This document shows positions 11,013 through 20,339 of a DNA stretch of 64,000 bases, piece after piece. Position numbers and translations under genes: made by a program. Position 1 is the stretch's first letter. Each line of letters opens with the position of its first letter. The stretch covers positions 160,001-224,000 of IMG/VR virus record IMGVR_UViG_3300031555_004728; one strand, written 5' to 3'. The notes under the pieces were generated by a model. It was not told where the DNA came from. It was given only the letters and a program-made list of their open reading frames with translations, and did not search any database. The DNA is from a virus. Lineage: Duplodnaviria; Caudoviricetes.

Positions 11013-12248
11013 ATGAATTTAGAAGCTCAAAAAATTAGATTTGAACGTATTGATAAATGCTTTGAAGAATTAAAGAAGAATAGACGAAAAGTAAATCTTC
11101 TTAGAGATATTGAAAGAAATTTAAAAGAGGTATTTGATCAGACGTTTAATATATCAATCATAGAAGCAAAGAGAAATGATCCATGTTTTGTAATGTCAGT
11201 ATTTCCTGAAATTGCTACAATCGATAGAATTGTGGAATCTATTGTAAGGGAAGAATCTGTAAGTGTAATTCATGAATTATGGTCAAAAAACACTGTTTGG
11301 AACATAGAAATAGATAGAAGAGTTTTAGATGATTCATTAGTACCAATATCTGCTAGAGAATGTACTGCTCTTTTATTACATGAAGTAGGTCATACAATCC
11401 ATAGTAATTCTATTCCGAATAGAATAGTTAGAGTAATTAAATATGAATTTGCTAATTTACATACAGGAATTAAAGCAGTATTAAAATCTCAGAACTTTGG
11501 TAATGTTTTATCTTTACCAGTTGCTGATTCTTGTTCATTATCAAATAATAGAATCAGTGATTTAAAAACTGAAATTGCTGCAGATAACTATGCAAAAAAT
11601 TTAGGTTATGGAATGGAATTATCTTCAGTATTAGATAAATTTTCTTCAAAGGTTTCTAATGATCCTGATAAGTCAATGAAATCTGTAATGAAGTTTTCTA
11701 TTGATACTATAAATAATTTCAAAGAAAGAAAATCAAAATTAAATAAACGTAATTTTGCAATTCTTTCAGAAAAGGTTCCAAGTACTTATGTAAAGAATAT
11801 GATTTCTGTACTTTCTAAAGAATATACAGAAAGCACATTTAAAGACTCTTCTATAGATGATAAGAAGAAGATGGAAATGGTGTGTGAATCAGTAAATGAT
11901 ATTCTTGATAATTACTATACAGAGTTCTTCTTTAGTAAAAAGAAACTAAAGAAAATACCTGAATATGATTTGGACTATATTGCTGTAGAGATTGATAAAA
12001 TCAAAACAAATGATGACAAATTACTTCTATTATCTTATACAAGAAGTAAGATTGATACGGTTCAATATTATATTGACATATTAAAGAGTGATAAATACTC
12101 TAAAAAATTTGAAGTTCCGCATTCATTAGAATACTTAGTTGCATATAAGAATAGATTATATAAATCTCTTGATGTAATTATGAAGAAAAAAATAGAACCT
12201 AAAGATTATAGAATTCTTGTTCAATATCCAGTTGGATATGAAGGATAA
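11013..12248 (+). CDS. Putative virion protein with HExxH zincin-like motif
   Basis: LLLHEVGH plus downstream E..AD motif; late-type promoter upstream. Confidence 0.6.
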   Translation: MNLEAQKIRFERIDKCFEELKKNRRKVNLLRDIERNLKEVFDQTFNISIIEAKRNDPCFVMSVFPEIATIDRIVESIVREESVSVIHELWSKNTVWNIEIDRRVLDDSLVPISARECTALLLHEVGHTIHSNSIPNRIVRVIKYEFANLHTGIKAVLKSQNFGNVLSLPVADSCSLSNNRISDLKTEIAADNYAKNLGYGMELSSVLDKFSSKVSNDPDKSMKSVMKFSIDTINNFKERKSKLNKRNFAILSEKVPSTYVKNMISVLSKEYTESTFKDSSIDDKKKMEMVCESVNDILDNYYTEFFFSKKKLKKIPEYDLDYIAVEIDKIKTNDDKLLLLSYTRSKIDTVQYYIDILKSDKYSKKFEVPHSLEYLVAYKNRLYKSLDVIMKKKIEPKDYRILVQYPVGYEG

Positions 12249-12276
12249 AAATAAATGAGTAAGTGATTTATTTCAC

Positions 12277-12606
12277 TTACTCATTTTCATTTTGATAATT
12301 CTTCAATAGACTAATTTCATGATTTAATCTTTCTGTAGATTCTTTAATTTCATCTGATACAGAATCAATAGATAATCTTAAAAGAGTTGCATGATTTTTT
12401 CTCATACTATTAATACTTGATTGTAAAGATTCGATATGTTCTGTTAACATAGTAATTGCTACAGGTATTTCAGATGAATGCATCATTTTAGCAAGACCTT
12501 CACCACGTTTCAAATCTTCTCTTTCTTTTTTATATTGCTTAAGTAGAGCTTCGGAACTTTTTATTTCTTCTTCTTGAAGTTTCAATTCTATAATACTAAT
12601 CATCAT
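12277..12606 (-). CDS. Hypothetical coiled-coil protein
   Basis: 109-aa ORF with heptad character and RBS. Confidence 0.65.
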   Translation of the reverse strand: MMISIIELKLQEEEIKSSEALLKQYKKEREDLKRGEGLAKMMHSSEIPVAITMLTEHIESLQSSINSMRKNHATLLRLSIDSVSDEIKESTERLNHEISLLKNYQNENE

Positions 12607-12679
12607 AGTTTCCTTTCATAATAAAAAATAAAATTTTTATTATGTGAGGCAATTGATAAAATCAATCACCCCACATTTC

Positions 12680-12790
12680 CATTGAGACCCTCTTGTAACC
12701 AATATGGTTACGTTTTTACATTGAGACCTTTTGTACTGTTAATACAGTACGATGTACATTGAGAACCATATGTAATTAGCGACAATGAAT
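12680..12790. repeat. Three ~38-39-bp units: CATTGAGA motif plus hairpin
   Basis: CATTGAGA at 12680, 12719 and 12757; hairpins GTAACCA-ata-TGGTTAC and GTACTGT-taat-ACAGTAC in the first two units. Confidence 0.6.
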
Positions 12791-13173
12791 TATTCATCGT
12801 CACCAGTATTACCTGTACCTTCATCTTCCGGTTCGCCATCTTCGAATTCATCTTCTTGGAAGATTTCATCAATTTCTTCATCGTCTTCATAATCGTCTTC
12901 ACATTCAGCATTTTTTGCTGCAATACGATAACGAATATTTTCAACGCCGTCAGATACTGCATTGAATGCTGCACCTGTTACTCTACCAACACCATAAGCG
13001 ATTGTTTCGATACCAGAAATTACGAGACCACTTACGGTTGCAACCGCAACGTCGTATCCGAATCCACCAACTGTACGACGGAATTTTCTTCTTTCGAAAT
13101 AGTTCATTCCGAGTTTCTTTCCTACTGTATCGATTGATTTGTTTACTTTCTTTACTACTGAATTCTTTTTCAT
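12790..13173 (-). CDS. Hypothetical protein with acidic C-terminal tail
   Basis: 127 aa, GAGG RBS, D/E-rich tail. Confidence 0.75.
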   Translation of the reverse strand: MKKNSVVKKVNKSIDTVGKKLGMNYFERRKFRRTVGGFGYDVAVATVSGLVISGIETIAYGVGRVTGAAFNAVSDGVENIRYRIAAKNAECEDDYEDDEEIDEIFQEDEFEDGEPEDEGTGNTGDDE

Positions 13174-13323
13174 ACTAACCTCTTGGCTCTTGATATTATC
13201 TCCACCACATGTAATAAATTTTGTTTGCTGACGATTGTTTTTATTACGTCACGCTATGAACTTTTTTGATAGAAACAACTGATTTTATTTATTATTTTTG
13301 CTTCTATTCACAATAATATTATA

Positions 13324-13602
13324 TCATTTCACTTTCTTACTTTTCGCAGCTTCCTGAAATATCTTATCGAGTTCACATTTAAAATAGGTCTCAAACAATT
13401 TGTGTATTTCCATCTCGTCCATATATCGAAAATCTTCTATTCTTTTAGAAAGTTTTCTTCTTTCTGAACGAAATTTACATTTTCTATACACGTTACTTTT
13501 TGGTAGGTGCATAGATTCTGATACACTAACAACAGCATCTTCTAATATTATTTTTGCTTTATGTCTGTATCTACCAATATTCAGTTGTAAGTTTTTAGGC
13601 AT
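13324..13602 (-). CDS. Hypothetical basic protein
   Basis: 92 aa, GGGTGA RBS, ATATATTATTTT motif upstream (13636-13647). Confidence 0.65.
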   Translation of the reverse strand: MPKNLQLNIGRYRHKAKIILEDAVVSVSESMHLPKSNVYRKCKFRSERRKLSKRIEDFRYMDEMEIHKLFETYFKCELDKIFQEAAKSKKVK

Positions 13603-13674
13603 GAAATCACACCCTTTCTATATTCTTTTTACACCAAAATAATATATCTTTTAATATATTTATTTTTACATATT

Positions 13675-13908
13675 TTATTTTGAATCTTTCAAATCAAATT
13701 TAATAGTAAAACCTTCGATTTCTCTAGAAAAGTTTTTAGCATGAATTACTACAGCACCACAATTTTCACACCATAAAGAAAATTGATTTGTACCAGCACC
13801 CATATAACATGCACCTTTTCTATGCATTTTTCCACCACACCAAATACAATCGCATTCATTTGGTATTTCAACTCCATTATTTATAACAGTTTTAATTTTT
13901 TCACTCAT
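13675..13908 (-). CDS. Small zinc-ribbon protein
   Basis: CIWCGG...CENCG Cys pairs; AGGAGA RBS. Confidence 0.7.
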   Translation of the reverse strand: MSEKIKTVINNGVEIPNECDCIWCGGKMHRKGACYMGAGTNQFSLWCENCGAVVIHAKNFSREIEGFTIKFDLKDSK

Positions 13909-13979
13909 ATTATTTATCTCCTTTTATTATATTTCATATAAATGATATATCAATAAAATCCATAAGGGAGAGGATGGGG

Positions 13980-14061
13980 GAACCAATTTTGTTAAGTTAA
14001 ATTTCTCTAGTTATCGATAATTTACGAGAATTACAGAAAACTTACTTAACAAAACTGCAAC
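13980..14061 (+). repeat. 82-bp cassette-associated palindromic element, copy 1
   Basis: GAACCAATTTTGTTAAGT...ACTTAACAAAACTGCAAC; 11-bp perfect inverted arms. Confidence 0.97.
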
Positions 14062-14367
14062 CAACAAGAAATGTTTAATTATGTTGATCATTTATATGTA
14101 AATAAAAATAATTGTATAAATGGAACAAAAGTTATAGACTTTCCAACAGATAAAAATATAAATTTCATATCTGCATGTTTATGGAATGGTAATAACAGAA
14201 GTCATGAATATATAACAATACCATTATGTGCATTGGTTAGTAATAGAATTATAGAATTTAGAGATAATACTGGAGCTATATATGCATCAATTACAGTTTC
14301 TAGTGGTGTAGAAAAACTTACATTTGTATGTAACAATGAATGGTATTTATTATGTTTCTTTTTCTAA
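14053..14367 (+). other. Silent tail-fibre tip cassette 1
   Basis: Frame NCNQQEMFNYVDHLY...LLCFFF* begins in the repeat core after an in-frame TAA; no RBS before the internal Met. Confidence 0.8.
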
Positions 14368-14403
14368 TTATCTTGTATATGTGGAAGTACTATGATAAAG
14401 GGG

Positions 14404-14485
14404 GAACCAATTTTGTTAAGTTAAATTTCTCTAGTTATCGATAATTTCCTTTGATTACAGAAAACTTACTTAACAAAACTGCAAC
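14404..14485 (+). repeat. 82-bp element, copy 2
   Basis: Same arms and length as copy 1. Confidence 0.97.
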
Positions 14486-14836
14486 AAGCAATTTAAACAA
14501 ATACCAACTGATGATACATTTGCAATAAGTCATACATTAGATATTTCTGGATATGATATAACTACTGAACTTATAATAAATATCCATATTGATAATACAG
14601 ATTGGACATTATATCACAGACTTATAAAAAATCAATTAGAATTTGATGATGCTGATGTGATAACATATAGAACAGGTCAAGCTTTTTATATTCCTGACTA
14701 TTCAACAACATATTTATTAGCTGCAAATTGTAGAGTTTACAAAAATAAAACACTTACTATTTCAGCTGCAATATATCAAACAGGTGGGGTTACATCTACA
14801 AATAATACTTTTTGTATTTCAGCATGGTATAGATAA
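14477..14836 (+). other. Silent tail-fibre tip cassette 2 (no ATG)
   Basis: NCNKQFKQIPTDDTFAISHTLDISGY...FCISAWYR*; 119 sense codons open, no Met. Confidence 0.85.
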
Positions 14837-14839
14837 TAA

Positions 14840-14873
14840 AATAGAGTAAGAGTTAAAAAACTCTTACTCTATT
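14840..14873. terminator. Bidirectional terminator
   Basis: AATAGAGTAAGAGTT/AACTCTTACTCTATT between convergent cassette 2 and terminase. Confidence 0.7.
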
Positions 14874-14877
14874 ATTT

Positions 14878-15314
14878 TTACCAAGGAAAACCACCCATTC
14901 CATCATCATTATTATTTTTAAGACCATTCATTTCATTAAAAAATGACATATCATAATCTGAAAATTCATCTTCATATGTGGTATAATCAGATGGTGTTAC
15001 ATTTTCAGAATTTTCAGTTCTCATATTAATAGAACTTTGCATAATTTTTGCAGTCTCATTTTGTGAAGATTCGATAGCTTCTCTTAATATAGATTCATAA
15101 TCTAATAATTTAGCTCTTTTTCTCTCTTCTACGATAGATGATGCTATATCATCTGGTAATACTTTACTAAGTTCTGATTCACTCTTGTAAAGTAAACCTT
15201 GGTTTCTTGGTCTTTCTTCACGTTGTCCAGGAATATATCCAAAAATACTTAAGTTATTACCATGAACTAAAACATACATAGCAATTAAGTATGACATTAC
15301 GCTATCATCATGAA
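14878..15314 (-). CDS. terL: Terminase large subunit, exon 3
   Basis: Splicing restores GPGF-HDDSVMSYL, the nuclease-domain HDD motif. Confidence 0.85.
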
Positions 15315-15645
15315 CTTTATTTATATTAATCTTTATATCTCTATAAAGTTTAGACTATATCTTCATTAATAATTCTTTTACCAAATTATCAATGCCTCCC
15401 GTTTCGGTTTCCCTACTCTACTCAGTTACTCATTTAAGTATTTCTCTTAAATTACCCTTTCGATAGTCGTTGAACGTTCCTTAATTAATATTAAGGCTTC
15501 GCTGCTGATTGTCCAATCCTAAAGATTATTACACTTTGGTACTTTAGGCTCTAAGGAGTTTCCAGCAATTAAAGAGGTTTTACCTGATCTTCATTTATAA
15601 TTAGGCAATAATTTTACTATATTATCCTGTTACTATATTACCTTA
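15315..15645 (-). ncRNA. Group I intron 2 in terL (331 nt, no ORF)
   Basis: 5' exon ends in U and intron ends in G; core elements AATTGCTGG, AATCAGCAG, TTCAACGACTA, AAGATATAGTC. Confidence 0.88.
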
Positions 15646-16548
15646 AACCAGGTCCTGCTAGAATCTTTCCTGATGAATTTCTTATCAATCTGGAAATATC
15701 TCGTGTTACATTTTCTGCTACAAAATCATCTTTACACTGAGCAATTCTATCTGCTAAAATAGCAAACATAGTTTCTCTTGATTTTCCTTCAGTATAAACA
15801 CCATAATATGATTTCATAGATGCTTGTTTCTTAAGCATAGATTCGATTGTTTCTTTATCTTTCATATTAGATTCTGCTAATTCTTTAGCTTTATCATAAT
15901 AAAGTCTAGAAGCAATCTTTGATTGCAGTAAATGGTCAATAACACCATCACCAACTGAGTTACGTTCTATACATACAATAGCACGTGGTACATGTTTTGT
16001 AACTAATTCAATAATTATCTGTTCATATACCGTTTCACCAACATAAGAACATTCAAATTCAAATGCAGGTCTTTCTGTATATGGGTTAATACCTGTTATA
16101 GCATTATTATCTTTAAGTGTACCTGTAGAACAGTCAACTCCTACAATATAAGGTATTGTAGGATCAAGTTCTTCGTAAACCTTAAATTGATAATATTTCA
16201 TAATAAACAAAGTATCTATTGGTACTCTTACATGTTCTACGATATATTCGATATCTTCTTGAGCATATGGTGATAATGAAGAACCATGTAATCTTTGAAG
16301 AAGAATCTCTCTTCGAACTGTAAGGTTATTATTAATTTTAGCACTAATATTTTCTAGCCATTCTCCATCCAAACCAATTTGGAAGTATTGGAATTCTATA
16401 TAGATAATTCTATTACTATTACCAGCTGCAGCAAATTCTTCCATTTCTTCTTGTGTCATATCATAAAGTCTATCTGACCATCTTACACAAGCATCAAGTA
16501 CAAATTGTGCTGACATTCCTGCTGGTGAGTCCAAGTCTCCTGGTGTGC
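15646..16548 (-). CDS. terL: Terminase large subunit, exon 2
   Basis: (C)TPGDLDS ATPase coupling region; VGVDCS and IERNSVG nuclease motifs. Confidence 0.88.
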
Positions 16549-16837
16549 CATATATTAATCTTTATATCTCTATAAAGTTTAGACTATATCTTCAATATTA
16601 ATTCTATTACCAAATTAATATTGCCCTCTATTTCGGACTATAAGTCCTACTCTACTCACTTCTTCACTTAAATCTTTCTCTTAAGCTATGCTTTCGATAG
16701 TCGTTGAACGTTCCTTAATTATATATTAAGGCTTCGCTGCTGATTGACTCTATTCATTGGATTGTCACACTTCACTGTACCAATGACCTAACAAGTTCGT
16801 CCCAGCAATTAAAAGGGTTTTACTTACGCGCATTTCC
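16549..16837 (-). ncRNA. Group I intron 1 in terL (289 nt, no ORF)
   Basis: ACGT|ggaaat...tatatg|GCACA junction gives IFT-C-TPG; same P/Q/R/S-like core as intron 2. Confidence 0.88.
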
Positions 16838-17663
16838 ACGTAAAAATTCTTCCATATAAACTTCCATTTTTCTTTGCGGCTCTAGCAGCAGTATCAAATG
16901 TAGAAACTGAGTTTTCGATAATATCTTTAATGAATAATGTAAATTCAGGTTCATCATAATGAATAATTGCTGCAGTAAGACCTCTGGCTAGAGATACTGC
17001 TTTATCTTTAGTGGTAGCACCAGCTCTAATTTTAATTGAATTTTTTGTTACAGGATGTCTCATTTCAGTAGCATTATTAACAGCTTTTACAGTTTTACCA
17101 TTTTCATCATCAAAAAATGATTCAAATCGTAAATATTCTGGTAATAAATCTATCTGAAGTTTTATACGAGCTAAATTTTCTTTAGCATCAGGTTGTTGTT
17201 TATTTACAAAGATAAATGATGTATTAGTAGTACCGAATGAATAACCCCAAGCTTGAACAGATAATGCAGATTGTGTCTTCCCTTGTTGCCTTGGTAGGCA
17301 TAACCAGGAATCTATACCATTAACAAACAAAAATGCTTGTGCTATATTTCCTCTGTTAGCTTTATATGGTACTCCTTTAGGATTACCAGGGTCTGGAATT
17401 CTTGCTACTTCACGTAAATAATACCAAACGTTTCTTCTACATTCAGTTACAACTCTTGCTATTTGATCACGTGTTAAAGTACAAACTCCATTATCATCAC
17501 ATTGGTAAGGATCTATCTTTATAACTTCTGGGTCTTTTACTTCTAACATAAAATACCAGTTTTTAACACCTAGTGTTTTTAAGTCAGATGCTAATTGTAA
17601 CCATGATGTATTTGATGTACCAACATCAAATATACGGTTTCCAATTCGTTTTAATCTACCCAA
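16838..17663 (-). CDS. terL: Terminase large subunit, exon 1 (ATPase)
   Basis: PRQQGKT Walker A and IIHYDEPEF Walker B; exon lengths 826+903+437 = 2166 nt = 721 aa plus stop. Confidence 0.9.
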
Positions 17664-17742
17664 ATTATCACCATCCTTTCTTTAAAGAATAGTTTTTTTA
17701 ATGTAAAAATATTCTAGGTAGATAATCTACCTAGAATATTTA

Positions 17743-18063
17743 TTAATTATATATACCTACAATTTTCACAATTCTAAATGATGAAACATCTACTGATGAG
17801 GGGTTTTCTATATAAAAACTATTATCATCAGATTTTACAAAAGCATATAAATAATATTCAGAATATGGTAATATAAATGCATGTGAATTAATATCACGTG
17901 CAAATATGAATGTTTGATAGTATTGACCTGTTTTTACAAATGTAACTAACAAATATTCTATTTTTGAAATATTTTCATCATAAAATACTTCAGTTAATGG
18001 ATATCCATTATATAAAAAATATAAAACTTTATTTTTACTTTGTTTAAATTGTTGGTTGCAGTT
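17743..18063 (-). other. Silent tail-fibre tip cassette 3
   Basis: NCNQQFKQSKNKVLYFLYNG...IVKIVGIYN* in frame with the repeat core. Confidence 0.8.
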
Positions 18064-18136
18064 TTGTTAAGTAAGTTTTCTGTAATCTTCGTGAATTACT
18101 GAGAGATAGAGAAATTTAACTTAACAAAATTGGTTC
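18055..18136 (-). repeat. 82-bp element, copy 3
   Basis: Reverse-complement copy. Confidence 0.95.
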
Positions 18137-18219
18137 CCATCCCCTCTCCACCTTCTCTCACATACTATTTTTTATAATAATAACCTTAAAATAGCATTTT
18201 TAATTTTTACCCAATATTG

Positions 18220-18231
18220 ATATATTATTTT
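18220..18231 (+). promoter_or_regulatory. Putative early promoter ATATATTATTTT
   Basis: Recurs upstream of non-structural genes (13636-13647 -, 28893-28904 -, 28936-28947 +, 62224-62235 -). Confidence 0.5.
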
Positions 18232-18261
18232 AATAGATATTAAAGAAGGAGATTTATAATT

Positions 18262-20304
18262 ATGGGTAAAAAGAAAAGAAATTTCAAATATCTTAATAGA
18301 GAACTTAGTTGGATTAAATTTAATAATCGAGTTCTTGATGAAGCTAAAGATTCAAAACTTCCTATTAGTGAAAGGATTAAATTTCTAAGCATAGCATCAT
18401 CTAATTTCGATGAATTTTTTATGGTTCGAGTTGCATCTCTTAAGGATATGATTAATGTTGGATATAAAAAAAGAGATATATCTGGAATGACTTCATCTGA
18501 ACAAATAGTATCTATAAATAGATTAGTTCATTCTATAGTTACTAGTCAATATAATATTTATGAAAATTCTATAAGAAAAGAAATGGGATTAAATAAATAT
18601 AATTTTGTTAAATCAATAAAACAACTTTCAGATTCAGACATGAAATATATCTCAAAATATTTCAAGGATACAATATTTCCAGTATTAACACCTATTATTC
18701 TTAATAATAGTAGTACATTTCCATTAGTTAAAAATAAAGCAATCCATATAATCGTAAAGATTAAAAAGAAAAAATCTAAGAAAGAAGAATTTGCAATAGT
18801 TCAGATACCAACAAATTTACCTAGATTAGTTGTAATTCCAAATGATAAAGATAAGCCATCTGTTATTCTATTGGAAGAAGTTGTATCTGAATTTATCGGT
18901 AAGTTATTTAAATCTTATGATATATTGGAAATGTCTAAATTTAGAATTACTAGAAATGCAGGTCTTAATATTGATGAGGACGATGCTTCAGATTTATTAA
19001 ACAAGATTAAAAAGAAACTAGATGAAAGAGAATGGGGAGAAGTAATAAGACTTGAGATATTGAAAAATACAAATAAGTCTATATTTAAATTCTTAAAAAA
19101 TAAATTCAATGTCAATAAAAATAATATTTATGAAATAAATGGTCCATTAGATTTGACTTTCTTAATGGAAGTTTATGATTTAATAAAAGATATTGATGAC
19201 AAGAAACAAAAAGATTATATTCCAAAAGTTTATGATGAATTGGAATCTAATAACCTCTTTAATGTAATTTCTTCAAAAGATGTATTTTTACATCATCCAT
19301 ATGAATCATATAAACCTATAGTTGATTTCATAAAACAAGCAGCTGAAGACCCTGATGTATTAGCAATAAAACAAACTCTTTATAGAGTAAGTAGTAGTTC
19401 ACCAATTATCGAATCTTTAAGAAAGGCTGCTGAAAATGGTAAAGAAGTAACTGTACTTGTAGAACTTAAAGCCAGATTTGATGAAAATAATAATATTGAA
19501 TGGGCTAAAGTTTTAGAAAAAGCAGGCTGCCATGTAATTTATGGAATCCCAAATCTTAAGATTCATAGTAAAATATGTTTAGTTATAAGAAAAGAAAATG
19601 ATAAACTAAAATATTATACACATCTTGGTACAGGAAATTATAATGAAAAAACAGCAAAGATTTATACTGATATGTCATTATTCACATCAAATGAAGATAT
19701 TGGTAAAGATGCTATAACTTTATTTAATTTCTTAAGTGGTAATTCTAAACCAAGTAAATGGAATAAATTAATTGTAGCACCAGATAATCTAAAAGATGAA
19801 TTTATCAAACTTATTAATACAGAAGCAGAAGTAGCAAAAGAAGGAAAAAATGCACATATTATGGCAAAAATGAATTCACTTTGTGATAAAGATATCATTG
19901 ATGCATTATACAATGCAAGTAAATCAGGTGTTAAAATTGATTTAATTGTTAGAGGGATTTGTTCATTAAAACCTGGTGTTAAAGATTTAAGTGAAAACAT
20001 AAAGGTTAAATCTGTTGTAGGAAAATATCTAGAGCATTCAAGAATTTATTATTTCTGTAATTCTGGTCATCCAAAAGTATTCTGTAGTAGTGCAGATTGG
20101 ATGCCTCGAAATTTAGAACGTAGAGTAGAAATTTTATTTCCTATATTAGATATGAGGATTAAAGAACAGATAGTTGATATATTAGATTCTTTCTGGAAAT
20201 ATGATTATAAATCTTATAATATGAATTCAGATGGAAAATATATACGGGTTACAAATTCTACAAAAGAAAATAAGATTCATATTCAAAAATATCTCGAAGA
20301 ATAG
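18262..20304 (+). CDS. ppk1: Polyphosphate kinase 1
   Basis: NRELSW.FN.RVL, DEFFMVRVA, HHPYES, IKQTLYR, ELKARFDE, KIHSK, LEHSRIY, SADWMPRNL. Confidence 0.97.
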   Translation: MGKKKRNFKYLNRELSWIKFNNRVLDEAKDSKLPISERIKFLSIASSNFDEFFMVRVASLKDMINVGYKKRDISGMTSSEQIVSINRLVHSIVTSQYNIYENSIRKEMGLNKYNFVKSIKQLSDSDMKYISKYFKDTIFPVLTPIILNNSSTFPLVKNKAIHIIVKIKKKKSKKEEFAIVQIPTNLPRLVVIPNDKDKPSVILLEEVVSEFIGKLFKSYDILEMSKFRITRNAGLNIDEDDASDLLNKIKKKLDEREWGEVIRLEILKNTNKSIFKFLKNKFNVNKNNIYEINGPLDLTFLMEVYDLIKDIDDKKQKDYIPKVYDELESNNLFNVISSKDVFLHHPYESYKPIVDFIKQAAEDPDVLAIKQTLYRVSSSSPIIESLRKAAENGKEVTVLVELKARFDENNNIEWAKVLEKAGCHVIYGIPNLKIHSKICLVIRKENDKLKYYTHLGTGNYNEKTAKIYTDMSLFTSNEDIGKDAITLFNFLSGNSKPSKWNKLIVAPDNLKDEFIKLINTEAEVAKEGKNAHIMAKMNSLCDKDIIDALYNASKSGVKIDLIVRGICSLKPGVKDLSENIKVKSVVGKYLEHSRIYYFCNSGHPKVFCSSADWMPRNLERRVEILFPILDMRIKEQIVDILDSFWKYDYKSYNMNSDGKYIRVTNSTKENKIHIQKYLEE

Positions 20305-20339
20305 AAATAAGAGAGTGTAAAAAACACTCTCTTATTTTT

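Noticed and set aside
13980-14485. 82-bp repeats as a CRISPR array
   Set aside because: The repeats are too long, dispersed and in both orientations; the intervening sequences are 300-800-bp open reading frames; no cas genes in the window.
14878-17663. Terminase as a pseudogene or three separate genes
   Set aside because: The gaps contain group I cores, and precise removal restores a 721-aa frame with intact motifs.
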